In this document: piece by piece, positions 14,892 to 34,061 of the stretch | Layout of the letters: each line of letters begins with the position of its first letter | How positions within the stretch are numbered: the stretch's first letter is position 1 | DNA from: the human T2T-CHM13v2.0 reference genome, Homo sapiens | Reading direction: 5' to 3' (one strand) | DNA: 64,000 bases | NCBI RefSeq assembly: GCF_009914755.1 | Contig: NC_060927.1 | The notes under the pieces: generated by a model | Database searches by the model: none | Told to the model about the DNA's origin: nothing | The model's input: the letters and a program-made list of their open reading frames with translations, nothing else | Program-made: the position numbers and the translations under genes

Positions 14892-15256
14892 CAGTAGACC
14901 CCCTTATCTGCATTTTCACTTTTTGAGGTTTCAGTCATCCAAGGTCAACCACAATACAAAAATATTAAATGGAAAATTCCAGAAACGAACATAAGTTTTA
15001 AACTTCAAACCTTTCTGCATAGTATAATAAAAATCTCTCACTATCCCTCTCCATCCTGCCTGGGACAGGAATCATCCCTTTGTCCAGTGTATCCACAATG
15101 TATACACTCATTATATACCCATTTTATAATGCCCATTAGTCATTTCTATTATCAGATCATAAAAAAACATAGTACATAGAGGGTTTGGTATTATTCATGG
15201 TTTCAGGCATTCAGTGAGGGTCTTGGAAAATATCCTCCATGATGGGGGAGCTACTG
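14892..15256. mobile_element. MER44A-like (Tigger7) MITE nested in L1
   Basis: TA|cagtagacccccttatc ... gggggagctactg|TA; internal aaaatattaaatggaaaattccagaa and gaatcatccctttgtccag. Confidence 0.85.
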
Positions 15257-15460
15257 TAATACTATGAAATTGGAAAAACCAAAATACTCATCAAGAGGAT
15301 GGACTATGGTACACATGATGAAGTATTAAGTATCAATGAAAAAGAGAGAGTCCTACATGTCCGGCATGGAAGGATCTCCAGGAGACAATGTTAAAAGTTT
15401 GGGGGAAAAATTGAAAGACAATACCTGTAATACATATGATACTAGTGATGTTAAATCACA

Positions 15461-15461
<1 letters not shown>

Positions 15462-15491
<30 letters not shown>
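15462..15491. repeat. (CA)n microsatellite
   Basis: About 15 CA units. Confidence 0.95.
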
Positions 15492-15493
<2 letters not shown>

Positions 15494-15663
15494 TACTGTA
15501 TAGTGTACTTCTACAAGTACATATTTGTGTATTATATAGAGAGAAGGTCTGGAAGGATACTAACCAAACTGTCAACAGTAGTTTGGTAGCGTGCATTAGC
15601 TTTAACTGTAATGTTTGATGTTTTTGAATATGCATTTATGTATTGTTTGTGTAATGACAAATT

Positions 15664-15708
15664 AATAAATTAGAAATAAAATAAAATAATGTGTTTTCTT
15701 CTTGTCTG
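15664..15708 (+). terminator. Candidate distal poly(A) signal cluster for TSC22D2
   Basis: AATAAA at 15664, 15675, 15680 followed by GU/U-rich gtgttttcttcttgtctg. Confidence 0.5.
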
Positions 15709-16251
15709 CTGCTAATGTTTCCCCCTGGTACCTGGGGTCTCATCATGTTCAGCATCTTTCCTCCCCAGGAATATCTTCCCCCCCTACCTGTTTCTTCTAC
15801 TTCGCCTTCTCCCATGGCTTTTTCACATCAGTATTTATACAGGCTCAATAAATAACTGGCCAATAAATGAGTAGACCACCTCCCCTAACTGAAAATATGT
15901 TCCCTTCACTTGCTTTTTCAGCTCCTTCCTCTTCCTTTCCACTTTTTCCTCTTCCACGTACAGCTTATCACAAACGCAGTCTGGCTTTAGCTCCCATTGT
16001 GCCACTGAAACTGTTCTTGTCAAGGTCATTGATGATCACTTTGTTGCTAATTCTATCCCATATCTTATTGAACTGCTTTACTCCTAATTTCTCTTTATGA
16101 TCATTTCATTACTCTAGTAGTTTTCTATCTCTTCATTTTCTAACTTCACTTTTTTTTTATAAAGAGTTTCCCTTATAAAAAGTATATAGTTGAATTTTCT
16201 TTTCTGAACCAGGCAACACTTCATTCCATGAAATAGAATAAGTGTTCCCAA

Positions 16252-16382
16252 TTTTTTTCTTTTATAGAGATGAAGTCTTGCTATGTTGCCCAGGCTGGCT
16301 TTGAACTCCTAGGCTCAAACAATCCTCCCACCTCAGTCTCCCAAGTAGCTGGGACTACAGGTATCCACCACTGTTTCTGGCT
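16252..16382 (-). mobile_element. FLAM/Alu monomer
   Basis: gagatgaagtcttgctatgttgcccaggctgg...gtagctgggactacagg. Confidence 0.85.
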
Positions 16383-16399
16383 TGAATTTTTAATTTCTT

Positions 16400-17710
16400 A
16401 ACCCAATCTGTCTTTTGATAGAAAAATTTAATCCATGTCTATTTCATCAGTGGCATATTTGGATGTATTTCTGCCATCTTATTTCATGTTTTCTCCTTAA
16501 AATGCTTTCTAGACACCCCACCCCCGCACCGGCCACTGCCTTGCCACACACACACCCTTTTTCCCTTTTCTTGGCTTTCATTCAGTTGTTTCTTATTCAT
16601 TTTTGATCCCTCTTTTGGTTGGGAAGTTATACATTCCAGATACATTCTTCCAGTGGTTACCTTACAATTTTGTTTATCATTTTGTTGTGGATTTTTCAAC
16701 CATATACAACAGTGAACTGTATAATGAACTCCCATGTACTTATCACCTAGCTTAAACAATTATCTACTCATGGCCAATCTTGCATTATTTATACTCCCAC
16801 TCATTTCCCCTCCCCAGGATACTCAAGAATGTCACCCCCCAGAAGGGAGTTCCAAGAGGAGGAGGAAAATGTGAACCCCAGGACGGAATTCTAGGGGGAG
16901 GAGGAGAAAGGGCTCTGGGACCTACATATGGGGCTTAAAGTGAAGAGCCTAGGAAACTTGGGGTGAGAGAATGCCAATACTTAGAAAGAATCCATGATCC
17001 TCTGGATTATTTTGAAGGAAATCCAAGATATCATAGACTTTATCCATATATATTTCAGCGTATACCTCTAAAGGACAAGGATTTTTTAAAGAAAAATTAT
17101 AACTAAAATACCATCACCCCACCTCAAAATGAACAATTCCTTAATATTACTAAAAATCTACTCAATGTCCACATTTCCCTGATTATCATAAATTTCTTAT
17201 GGTGTATTTGTTTGAATGTGGATCAAAATAAGGTCCATACACTGCAATTGGTTGGCATTCCTCTAAAGTCTCTTTTAATATGTGGGCTCCCCATACCTCT
17301 CTTTTCATCTTGAAATTCTTCAAGAATCTCAGTTATTTGCCCCATAGTTTTTTCTGAAGTCTGAGTTTTCCTAATTGCATTCTTATAGAATCCTCTGTCC
17401 CTGTATTTCCTAAATTAGTTCTAGAAGTTTAATCAGATTTATATTTTGTCAAGATTAATTCATAAGTGGTGGTATATACTTCCATCATATAATGTCTGTC
17501 TCTATTTTGTGATGTTGGAAGCATGGATAATCATTACCTAGACCCATTAGCCTATTAATTCTATTATCCCTTCTCACTCATTAGCGAAATACTTCTCTAA
17601 AGAGAGACTTGCCCTTACCAACTATTCAGCTACCCTGTGGTACAGTTTGTATAAGAAAGGGAGAGACTTAGTTCTTTCCTTTTATTTCCCAGTTTTCAAA
17701 ATAATGAGTT
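16400..17710 (-). mobile_element. Old L1MC-like 3' region, interrupted at 16812-17001
   Basis: ctggattattttgaaggaaatcc, tatttcagcgtatacctctaaaggacaagga, ggatcaaaataaggtccatacactgca match the L1MC4/5-type 3' end as recalled. Confidence 0.65.
16812..16985 (+). repeat. Copy 1 of local ~175-bp direct duplication
   Basis: Aligns by eye to 19191-19365 with ~20 substitutions and 1 gap (~88%). Confidence 0.95.
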
Positions 17711-18210
17711 GAGTACCTACAAAGGAATAAAAATAAATAAGGCATGATTAGGGAAGACTTACTCTGATATTTTATTCTGGGAAGAAGGAAAAGAGAATGC
17801 AGTGAGTTGATTTAGGATGCTATGACTCAGGTGTTAGTAGAGAGAAGCCAGGAAAAAGCCCCCAAAAAGTTGATAACAGGAAATGGCGACCTGAAGATTT
17901 GTCTGTTTACTGCTGAGTCTGGAAGCAACTTCTAAGTGAAGAGTACCTTGAGGGAATAGGGGTGGGAAGCCCATGTCTGGGCAGAGAAAGGGCTAGTTCA
18001 GAAGAAGCAACTGCAGGTAAGAAAAGCAGGTCGGTTAGCCCACGGATTCAGAGAGTGAAAAGTTACAGAAATGAGCAGTGGATTTTTCTGGGTTTACTTT
18101 CTGCCACACAGAGACTAGACATACTATCCTTACAATCTGACCATGAACCAGGAAGTTTACTAAGAAAGGCTGCATGGGGTAGGTAACATTTAGCACATGC
18201 AACAATACTT

Positions 18211-18595
<385 letters not shown>

Positions 18596-19190
18596 TGATT
18601 CTTCACGCAGACCAATTTTGTTATCATCTTAATGGTCTTTCCCATAAGGAACCCACTAAGAGGTTTCAGTGTTGGGACATTAGCTTAAGAACCTAGGTAG
18701 TCAGCACGAGAACCTAGGTCTGTGGGACTCTCCTATTAATGACTCCTCTTACCTACCATTCTCCAGCCAGCGTTGTCTCCTGTTCTTCTCCCCTCCCCCT
18801 ATTCCATCCTGCCCCGAGTAGTCTATTCGTGCTAAAGCATTCACTGAGAAAAACTGTAAAGGGAGAGTCCCTTCTCAGAAACACCAGCTTCTTTTAAAAT
18901 GGAACTTTTGAAGACCTCCCTGTTCTGTTCTCTGGAGAGAGTGAACAAGTAGAGACTTGGCAATAGCTGTGGAAACACCGCCAGCCTCTTGCTTCCAGCA
19001 ACCTTGAGTTCCAAACCTGTGAGTCTTAGTTTTATATTCACTGACTTCAGCTTCCTGAACCCATCCCAGTTCAGCATTAGGTAATGGCTGTGATGACAGC
19101 TGACTCATCTGGTAATGCAGCTTTCCTGGAGGCTTCCTCTGCTCAGATAATCACACTCTGGGAGGGAAAAAAGGTTACAACAATCTTCTA

Positions 19191-19365
19191 CCCCAGGATA
19201 CTCAAGAATGTCATCCCCCAGAAGGGAGTTCTACGAGGAGGAGGAGAATGTCAGCCCCAGGAGGGGAGGTCCAGCGGGAGGAGGAGAAGAGGCTCTGGGC
19301 CCTACATAGGGGGTTTAAAGTGAAGAGCCTAGGAAACTTGGGGTGAGAAGGTGCCAGTACTTAGA
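19191..19365 (+). repeat. Copy 2 (probable donor) of local ~175-bp duplication
   Basis: ccccaggatactcaagaatgtca...gtgaagagcctaggaaacttggggtgaga...tacttaga. Confidence 0.95.
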
Positions 19366-19973
19366 GACAGAAACTGAGTGGTATAAAATGGAATGAGAAT
19401 CCCCTCATTGCCCTTTGACAGCTGAGAAACTTCAAACTGGGCCCCGTTTGAGGGTAAGTTCTGCGAGAGTAGAGACTTCTACTTATTTATTCACAATTGT
19501 ATTCCTGGTAACTAGTACGGTGATGTATTGCTTGACAGAAATACATTCTGAGAAATGTGTCGTTAGGATTTTGTCATTGTGCAAACATTATAGAGTGTAC
19601 TTATACAAACCTGGATGATCTAGCCTACTACACACCTGGGTTATATTGTATAGCTATTGCTGCTAGGCTATAAAACTACAGCATGTCACTGTACTGATAC
19701 TATACTGTGACACATGGTAAGTATTTGTGTACCTAAACATAGAAAAGGTACAGTAAGGATACAGTATAAAAGATTTAAAATGGTACACCTGTATAGGGCA
19801 CTTACCATGAACGGAGCTTGCAGGACTGGAATTTGTTCTGGGTGAGTCAGTGAGTGAGTGGTGAGTGAATACGAAGGCCTGGGGGCATTACTGTGCACTA
19901 CTGTGGACATTATAAACACTGTACACTTAGGCTACACTAAATTTATTTTTAAAACATTTTCCTTTAATAATAA

Positions 19974-20289
<316 letters not shown>

Positions 20290-20582
20290 TTTTTTTTTTT
20301 TTTTTTTTTTGAGACAGGGTCTTGCTCTGTCACTCAGCCTGGAGCATAGTGGTATGATCATGGCTCACTGCAGCCTTCACTTCTTGGATTCAAGCAGTCT
20401 CTCACCTCAGCCTCCCGAGTAGCTGGGACTACAGGCACATGCCACTGTGCCTGGCTAATTTTTTATAGAGATGGGAGTTTCCCTTTGTTATCCAGGCTGG
20501 TCTCGAACTCCTGGCCTCAAGAGATTCTCCCTTAGGCCTCCCAAAGTGCTGGAAATACAGGTGTGAGCCACCATGCCCAGCC
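20290..20582 (-). mobile_element. AluJ-like
   Basis: gatcatggctcactgcagcctt... AluJ-type; tandem with AluY. Confidence 0.9.
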
Positions 20583-22251
20583 ACTGTAACTTTTTAGTTT
20601 TATAAACTTGAAATTTTTTTAACTTTTTTACTCCTTTGTAATAACACTTAGCTTAAAAGGCAAACACATTCTATAAGTGTACAAAAATACTTCCTTTATA
20701 TTATTATATAAGCTTTTTTCTATTTTAAAATTTTTTAACTTTTTAAACTTTTTTGTTGAAAATTAAGACACAAACCCACATATTAGCCTAGGCCTACACA
20801 GGATCAGGATCATCAACATCACTGCCCTCTACCTCCACATCTTGTCCCACTGGAAGAGGTCTTTAGGGGCAATTACATGCATGGAGCAGTCATCTCCTAT
20901 GAGAACAATGCCTTCTTCTGAAATACCTCCTAAAGGGCCTGCCTGAAGCTGTCTTACAGCTACCTTTTTTTTTTTTTTTTTAATAAGTAGGACTGCACTC
21001 TAAAAGATAAAAAGTAGAGTATGGTGAATATATAAACCAGTAACATGGTTATTATCATTATGAAGTGTTATGTGCTATACATAATTGTATGTGCTAGACT
21101 TTTATACGACTGGCAGCACAGTAGGTTTGTTTACATCGGGCATCACCACGAACATGTGAGTAAAGCGTTGCCCTGTGACTTTACTGATGGCGGCCCACAG
21201 TTGACCTAAATGTTGTTATGCAGCACATGATTGTACTGTTATTAAATGAATGAATGAGGGTTCACACCTATCTTACATATTCTTTATTCTTGAGCTTTCT
21301 GATCTCTAAATGTAGCCTGAGATAGCCAAATCATAGCCTTGTTGTAAGGATCAAACAATATAAAATATGTAAATCACGTAACTTGGATCTGGCCCACAGC
21401 AAGCATACAGTAAATGCTGGCTCTTGTTTTCTTTCTCACCCCTTTCTAGGCATCTGGTTGAAGCAATGCTCTTTCTCCTCACTGCTTTTTGACCAAAAGC
21501 TTGGGAAAAAGACTAGGCAATCTTTAGGCCCAGGAAATAGCACCTGTGATAAATCCAAGGTCACCTAGATAGGTTTAATCACCTTCTCCAAATAATAACA
21601 CTACCAAGTTTTACAGCACTCCTGACAAAAATCTATTTTTCCTCCTTTTCTTTCCCTTTAAGACAGGGTCTCACTCTGTCGCCCAGGCTGGAGTATAGTG
21701 GCACGATCACAGCTCACTGCAGCCTCAACCTCCTGGGCTCAGGTGTATTTTTCCTCCTTTATCTCTTTAGAACCTCACAACTACCCTAGTAAGCCTTGGG
21801 AAAGCAAGTATTTGGCTCATTTGACAGATAAGGAAACAGGTTCAGAGAATCCAGAGAGCTTGTGACCTGCCCAAGATCTCAGATCAGATTAGTGGTAGAA
21901 CTAGATTCCAGCCCATGGGTGGCCATAGCCCACATTTTTCTCCCCATTGTGCTTAAATAGGTTAGAGGTCACAGGAAGAAAGAACCCCTTTTCTGGAAAA
22001 AATTATGTTGAAACTGTACCCAATTTATTCCTATTCATTGATTCATCTACTTGATTTCATTAGGCAGCTCTGTGATTCAAGAGATGGCCATTTGGGATGG
22101 GCAAAAGAGAACAATATATGACAATATACACTCCTTGGAATGAAGAAAGGTAAGTCTCCATCCACAAAATACCAAACAGACTTCAATCAGAACACTCTCA
22201 GTTCAAGAGGATTGGTGCTGATTGTTTATTTGTTAGAAATGTATATTTTCT

Positions 22252-22966
<715 letters not shown>

Positions 22967-23580
22967 AATAAGTAGCACATGCTCATTGAAATATTTCAAT
23001 AAAGAAGTTAATTTTCAAAAAAAACAAGGCAAAATCTCCCCTCTCTATTCATCTGCAATCCCACTCTGCAGAGTAAAACTGCTAAGTTTTCTCTGCACAT
23101 AATTGAGATACACACATTTTGTGTTTTCATTTACCATAAATGAGATTATACTAAACATATTTTTCTTCAACTTGCTTTCTACAAATCTACAGTAATCACA
23201 AACATCTTTTCATGACAGAACATAGAGATTGTCTTTATTCTTTTAAATAGCTGCATAGTGTTGTATAATAAGTCATATCACGACAGTCCCCTACTCATGG
23301 ATGTTTAGATGGCACTCAGTTTTTTTCTGTAATCAAAATTGTTTCTCTATACATCTTTGTCTAGTTACATGAGAATTTCTTTAGAATAAGAGTGGCCAAC
23401 ATTTCTTGAGCCCTTTACCTTCACATCATGTGAATAAGACAAATCGCTGAGCCATGGGTAGGGCATTTCACTGTAGACAAGCAGAGACGTGAGGCTCACA
23501 AAGGGTAAAGCTAGGATTTTTTGATATGTAATCAGAGTAGAAACTCAGTTCCCTAGCTCCAAAACCCAGATTCCTTTTAG

Positions 23581-23920
<340 letters not shown>

Positions 23921-24116
23921 GCCTCCAAATATATTGATATTCTGATAAGATGCCACAGGGCTATATATCTTTTATTTGAACCCCTTGCGTCGCTCTGTTC
24001 CACTTAGCTAAAAAACTACCTATCCCCAGGGGGAAAAGCTGAGTGAGTGAAAAAGCAAAAAATGGTTAAGCTGCAGTGCTCCAAGGAGACTAATCAAAGC
24101 ATGTAAATATTATTTA

Positions 24117-27620
<3,504 letters not shown>

Positions 27621-27627
27621 GAATTTC

Positions 27628-27914
27628 TTCTTTTTTTCTTTGAAATGGAGTCTCGCTCTGTCGGCCCAGGCTGGAGTGCAGTGGCACACTTATTAGCTCA
27701 CTGCAACCTCCACTTCCTGAGTTCAAGTAATTCTCCCACCTTAGCCTCCCCAGTAACGGACTACAAGTGCATGCCACTACACCTGGCTAATGTTTTTGTA
27801 TTTTTGGTAGACACAGGATTTCACCATGTTGGCCAGTCTGGTCTTGAATTCCTGAGCTCAAGCCTTCACCTCCCAAAGTGCTGGGATTACAGGCACGAGC
27901 CACCACACCCAGCC
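27628..27914 (-). mobile_element. Alu (old)
   Basis: Antisense Alu dimer. Confidence 0.9.
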
Positions 27915-28029
27915 CTATGTATACTTTTACATGTTTTTTTTTTTTACATGTTTTTAGGTTGGCTAAAACTTTTAATACAAATGCTAATAGATGCAAAGAA
28001 TATAGTATTTAGATTATTATAAAAACTGG

Positions 28030-28333
28030 TTTTTTTTGTTTTTTTTTTTTTGAGACCGAGTCTTGCTCTGTTGCCCAGACTAGAGTACAGTGGCACGATC
28101 TCACTCACTGCAACCTCTGCCTCCTGGGTTCAAGCAATTCTCCTGCCTCAGCCTCCCAAGTAGCTGGGGACTACAGGCACATGCCACCATGCCCGGCTAA
28201 TTTTTTGTATTTTAGTAGAGATGGGGTTTCACCGTGTTGCCCAGGCTGGTCTCAAACTCCTGAGCTCAGGCAATCCACCCGCCTTGGTCTTCCAAAGTGC
28301 TAGGATTATAGGCATGAGCCTCCATGCCTGGCC
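28030..28333 (-). mobile_element. Alu
   Basis: Antisense Alu dimer. Confidence 0.93.
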
Positions 28334-28389
28334 TATGGCTGGTAATTTTTAAAGTTAATTCATGTATCCATGGATGAATATTACTTGCT

Positions 28390-28686
28390 GCTGGGCACAG
28401 TGGCTTGCACCTGTAATCCCAACACTTTGGGAGGCTAAGGCAGGTGGATGGCTTGAGGCCAAGAGTTTGAGACCAGCTGGGCAACATGGAAAAACACCTT
28501 CTCTACTAAAAATACAAAAATTAGCCATGCGTGATGGCACATGCCTGTAATCCCAGCTATTCTGGAGGCTGAGGCACAAGAATCACTTAAACACCGGAGG
28601 CAGAGGGTGAGCTGAGATCATGCCACTGCACTCCAACCTGGGAGAAAGAGCTAGACTCCATCTCAAAAAAAAAAAAAAAAAAAAAA
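28390..28686 (+). mobile_element. Alu
   Basis: Sense Alu with A-tail; attacttg duplicated at flanks. Confidence 0.93.
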
Positions 28687-29300
28687 TTACTTGATGGTTG
28701 AACAAGACATATTTAACATCAATTTTATTTCTTTTTTTAAATCTGAGTTAGTTTTGTTTCAAGCATCAATTCTATTTCTATTTTTCACTTTTATAGATGT
28801 TGGCTCTGAAAAACCTTGTTGACTTAAGTAGATAAGGATGGGAGTGTTGTTACATCAACATCAGTCTTTGAATTTAGTTCTATGCCAAAATTTACATGGT
28901 GATTGCTCTTCAGATATTATTTTTCATGATCAACAAGCTAAAAACTCAATTAGGTCTTTCTTCAATTTTGCTGAAATCAAAAATTGAGAAATTTCTGCTT
29001 TGCAAAAGGACTTGTTACCTAGTCAATAAAACCTAAGGTGATATTCCAAATTGTCCATTTGTTTGAACCCCAGAGCTTTTTAGGCTCCAGGGAAAGGCCA
29101 CACAGTAAGAACTGTATGAGGAGAGGAAGGAAGAGAGGGTGCATTCTCAGTAGAACTGTGTTAGGAAAGAGTACCTATGGAAGTTGAAGATATGAAAATT
29201 GATTGCCTTAAAACTATTCTTGCCTGATTTCCTTTTTAAAAGTCTTTGTACCCCACTTCAAAGACCACTAATCTAAAATTTCCTTTTAAACTATGCTTAC

Positions 29301-29615
29301 GGCTGGGCATGGTGGCTCACACCTATAATCCCAGCGCTTTGGGAGCAAGGCAGGCAGATCACCTGAGGTCAGGAGTTCAAGACCAGCCTGGCCAACATGG
29401 TGAAACCCCGTCTCTACTAAAAATACAAAAATTAGCTGGGTGTGGTGGCATGTGCCTGTAGTCTCAGCTACTCAGGAGGCTGAGGCAAGAGAATCACTTG
29501 AGCCCAGGAGATGGAGGTTGCAGTGAGCAGGGTTCACACCACTGCACTCTAGCCTGGGCAACAGAGTGGGACTTCGTCTCAAAAATAAATAAATAAATAA
29601 AAAATAATAAAATAA
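29301..29615 (+). mobile_element. AluS
   Basis: Full Alu; tatgctta duplicated at flanks. Confidence 0.94.
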
Positions 29616-29734
29616 AATATGCTTATAATGCCCCCCAAATGGGTCAATTTAAAAATATATCTTAAGAAATAAAGCAGTGGTACATAAAGCAAAAATCTTA
29701 ATGGTGGCCAAGCGACTGAAGCATAGGGAATCCC

Positions 29735-29910
29735 ACCATAGTGAATAAAGTACAGGCTTTGACATCAAACAAATACAAATTTGAATTCTAGGGACCTTGC
29801 ACAAGTCACTTTACCACTCTGAGCCTCAGTTTCTTCATCTGTAAAATAGCAATACCTACTTCATAGGGTGTTTTTAAGGGCTAAATGAGGTAATATATAG
29901 AAAAATGCTT
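29735..29910 (+). mobile_element. MIR
   Basis: gaccttgcacaagtcacttt...tctgagcctcagtttcttcatctgtaaaat. Confidence 0.8.
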
Positions 29911-31467
29911 CCGTAGACTACAAAACAAAGCTATAAAGCCTGTTGAAAGTAATATATTTCCACCGTGTCCCCCAGTATTAATTGAATTAGTCATAGATAT
30001 CTCGTAACGGAATATCCTCCCTTGGGCCTGAGTCCTAGGCTAAATAACCCAGATTCAAGAGTGTGACTCTGATATCAGAAGCTGGACCCACAAGTTAAAT
30101 CTATAGCATTTTATCTGTATTTATTTATTCCCTTGCTAAATATAACAATTGTGTTCTAAACCATAAAGCTTCAGAGAATACTAATGTTGCTTCCTATCCC
30201 ATAATACCAGGAAATGGAAGGAGAAAAATATCTCATGCAAAAGTGTGTGACTATTTCCTGAGTGCACACATGCTGGGAAGCACACACTTCTGTCTCATAG
30301 CACATCCCCTCCTGTATGATGGCTCCATTGCCAGGTGTCTTATCTCATAATTGTCACACATATTTGAGGTTATTATTTGATGTTTATGGTATTATGAAAC
30401 ACATACAAACTTGTTCCTCATTAACCTAAGGCTGACAGAAGAAATGAAAAACCATCTTATAGTTCAAAATCTGTGTGTGAATTAAAAGAGCAAAATGGTT
30501 AAACATAAAAATGAATGATAGTACCCATAAATTTCTAGAAAAATCAACAGAGAGCTATAAAAGATGATATAATTAAGGCTTTTTAGAGCATGTAAATCAA
30601 GAATACATAGAGATTGTAAAATACTTGTACCCTGTCCATGCCCTTCTTTCTTCTGTTACAGCGTACTTATATATATTTAAAAAAAGGATTTTTCTATATT
30701 GTGCTATGATGAGAAAATATGTAGCAACAAATCTGACATTCTAACACATAAAAAATTTTTACCCCAAAACAATATTGCAGCTATTACACTATGGATAAAA
30801 TGGCCCCAAAACACTATTATTTTAATAGTTTGCTTTTAGGTCACATTTTATAACAAAACAAAATGAAAATATTTTATTAATGTGACTATGAGACTTATAT
30901 TGATCTTAGAAATACAAGGATTTAATTTTTCATTTTTATTATTGTTCTTGTTATAAAGATTTTTAAATGCAATACATTATTTATATAATTTCTTGCAGTA
31001 ATAATCTGTTCAGGAGACATTTTTTAGTCTCTATCAAACCAAGCACACATTATCTGCCTTGTACTCTTGTAGATATTCAGTTAAAATACATCCTAATGTT
31101 TAAAGTGTTCAAATACATTTGGTAAATGTGAAACATTTAAAATCACCTAGTGCCCAAAAGAACTGCCTAGATATGTAAAGATACATATGAATATTCAGGA
31201 CCTAGGTTTACTGAAGAATTATGGAATACATCAATAATAATTTTATGTACTAAACTCTATATGTACTTAAAAATCAGAAAAATATCCTCCAAAGTGTCAG
31301 CAAAGATTAAGTTTGGGCTAGGGCAGAGAAGAAAGGGGTATCAGAGGTTTTTATTGAATATTTTTATAATGGGCAGACATAATTTTTCTAACATAAAGAT
31401 GTATATTTAATTAAAATCAATTGGGAATGCAGTTTCAGCAGTAAGAAAACTAAGTTGTGACAGTTAC

Positions 31468-31770
31468 TTTTTTTATTTTTTTTTATTTTTTGAGACAGAC
31501 CCTTGATCTGTTGCCCAGGCTGGAGTATAGTAGCGTGATCTCAGCTCATTGCAACCTTTCCTCCCAGGTTCAAGCAATTCTCCTGCCTCAGCCTCCTGAG
31601 TAGCTGGGATTACAGGCGTGCACCACCACGCCTGGCTAATTTTTGTATTTTCAGTAGAGACAGGGTTTTACCATGTTGTCCAGGCTGGTCTCGAACTCCT
31701 GGCCTTGTGATCTACCTGCCTCAGCCTCCCAAAAGGCTGGGATTACAGGCATGAGCCACTGCACCCAGCT
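31468..31770 (-). mobile_element. AluS
   Basis: TSD tgacagttactttt. Confidence 0.94.
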
Positions 31771-32222
31771 GACAGTTACTTTTAAAAGTGAGGCCTTAGC
31801 CTAACAACATCTGTGAAATCTGCCTAATCCAGCAGTGAAGGAATTTAAGAGCACCTCCTCTGTGCATGCTTCAAGCTCCCTGAGTCCAAGAGCAGGAGAT
31901 GCCTGCCTAAGGAATAGATATTATTGATATGTAAGACTCATTTCAACTAGCCCTTTTATCTACCATGTTCTTGACTTGAAATGCTGTAAAAAAGTTCAGA
32001 GCAAGCTTTTCAGAAGAGAATATCTTAGTCTCAGCGCTCAAAATGAAACAAAGTTCATTTCATTCAGTTTAGAAATATTCAGAAAATTCTTAGCCTTTTG
32101 GGTTCTCTTTTAAATTGCTTACTTCCCTTAATTATACTTGGTTTCTCTATAACACTGTTTTCTGCTCTGTGAAATAGTTACTATCTACACACTCTGTCTA
32201 TAATCTTCATATTTTTTGGTAA

Positions 32223-32388
32223 AGTGTTTCCCCAACTTCTCTGATCACAAGAGTCACAAACCAAGGATGTTTGTTAAAAGTAAAATTCCTTGGCCTTCCC
32301 TCCCCCAAGAACTGCTTAATTATGATCTGGGAGGTATCTTAAAATCACCCCAGGTGATTTTTATGATCAGTAAGTTTTAGAAACACTG
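32223..32388. mobile_element. MER5-family hAT MITE
   Basis: Inverted ends agtgtttc...tgatcacaa / ttatgatcag...gaaacactg. Confidence 0.6.
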
Positions 32389-32458
32389 CCTTAGTTAAAC
32401 AAATATCTAATAGAGTCCTAAGTTTTTGCAACCAGCTGAGTCCAAGAAACGCTCTAGA

Positions 32459-32502
32459 CAAGTGGCTCCAAGTTTTAGCATTCATCTGAATCACCTGGAG
32501 AG
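32459..32502. mobile_element. MER5A left part (split by L1 insertion)
   Basis: caagtggctccaagttttagcattcatctgaatcacctggagag; continues at 41350. Confidence 0.7.
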
Positions 32503-33057
32503 TGACAATAGCAAGGTGGCAGAATAGGAAGTCTCAACCCTCATTTCCCACAAAAACACAGATTTAACAATGATATAAGTAATAAAATGCCTTTATAAGA
32601 ACTCTAGAATCCAGTTAGGAAGTTACAATACTGTAGACAAGCATAATCAACATCAGCTGCACTGAATTGGGTAAGAAGAGCAATTTCACTTTACTTGCAT
32701 CAGCCCTTCCCCCAAGCTGTATAGCTCAACAATGAGAGGGATTGGGACTCTTTTTGAGGGGTTGGAGGAGATGGTGTGGCAAAAATCCAATGTCCCTGTT
32801 TTTTCTTTTTTTCTTTTTTTTCAGTATAATACCCATGGAGTTGGCTTCTATCTCATTTTACAAAAAGTGCCAAAAGAACTACATAGTCCAGATCCCTGGG
32901 GCAGCTAAGGGGACAGGCACTTTCCCAAGGCCACCATAGCTGTGAGAGGCATAGAGACAGCACAGAACTGAGATCTGTCCTCCAGGAGGGAGGGGGAAAT
33001 GGAACATGCCCCCAACATCCCCACCTTTCAGTGTACTGCCCAAAGGGCCAGGCTCTA

Positions 33058-33402
<345 letters not shown>

Positions 33403-34061
33403 GTTGGGGGGACTGGATGATGCCTGGCACAGCTAGGAACAAAGACCCAGAATCTCTGTCTGGGATAACTGGTGATGATTTTTCCCAGTGAAAGCAAGTA
33501 CATAAAGACTAGGAGAGGCAGCTATTTTTTTCAAATGTGCTAGAAACCAACACAAATCTACAAGGAACATAAAGAATCAGGAAAACATTATACAATCAAA
33601 TGAACAAAAGAAATCTCTAGTAACTGACCCTAAAGATATGAAGATCTGCAAATTGCCTAATAAGAAATTTGAAACAATCAAAGAAGCTCAATGAGTCACA
33701 AGAGAACACAGAATGACAACTTAAAAAAATGTCAGGAAAACAATACATATACCAAACAAAAATATTGATAAAGAGATAGAAGTGATAAAGAAGAACCAAA
33801 CAGAAATTCTGGAGCTGAATAATTTAATAACTGAACTAAAAAATTCACTAGACATTCAACAGCACACTTGATCAAGCAGAAGAGAGAATCAGCAAACTCA
33901 AAGGCAGATAATTTAAAATTACTGAGTGAGAGGAGCAAAGAGAAAAAAAATTTAAAGAGTGATGAAAGCCTCAGTAAACTACGAAACACCATCAAGTGAA
34001 CCAATATACACATTATGGGAGTCCTGAAAGGAAGGAACAAAAAGGCTATTTAAAGAAATAA

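Larger units (their letters stand above)
14290..15690 (+). mobile_element. Ancient L1M (L1ME-like) ORF2-end/3' UTR remnant
   Basis: Degenerate L1 motifs ggattattcaacaaatag, attgctagtgagcatacaaattggcacagcc, cataccctgtgacctaacaattcc; A-rich end. Confidence 0.65.

Noticed and set aside
28780-29040. Acceptor-like tttttcacttttatag followed by exon-like sequence (possible pseudo-exon)
   Set aside because: All three frames hit stops quickly and I recognise no protein similarity.
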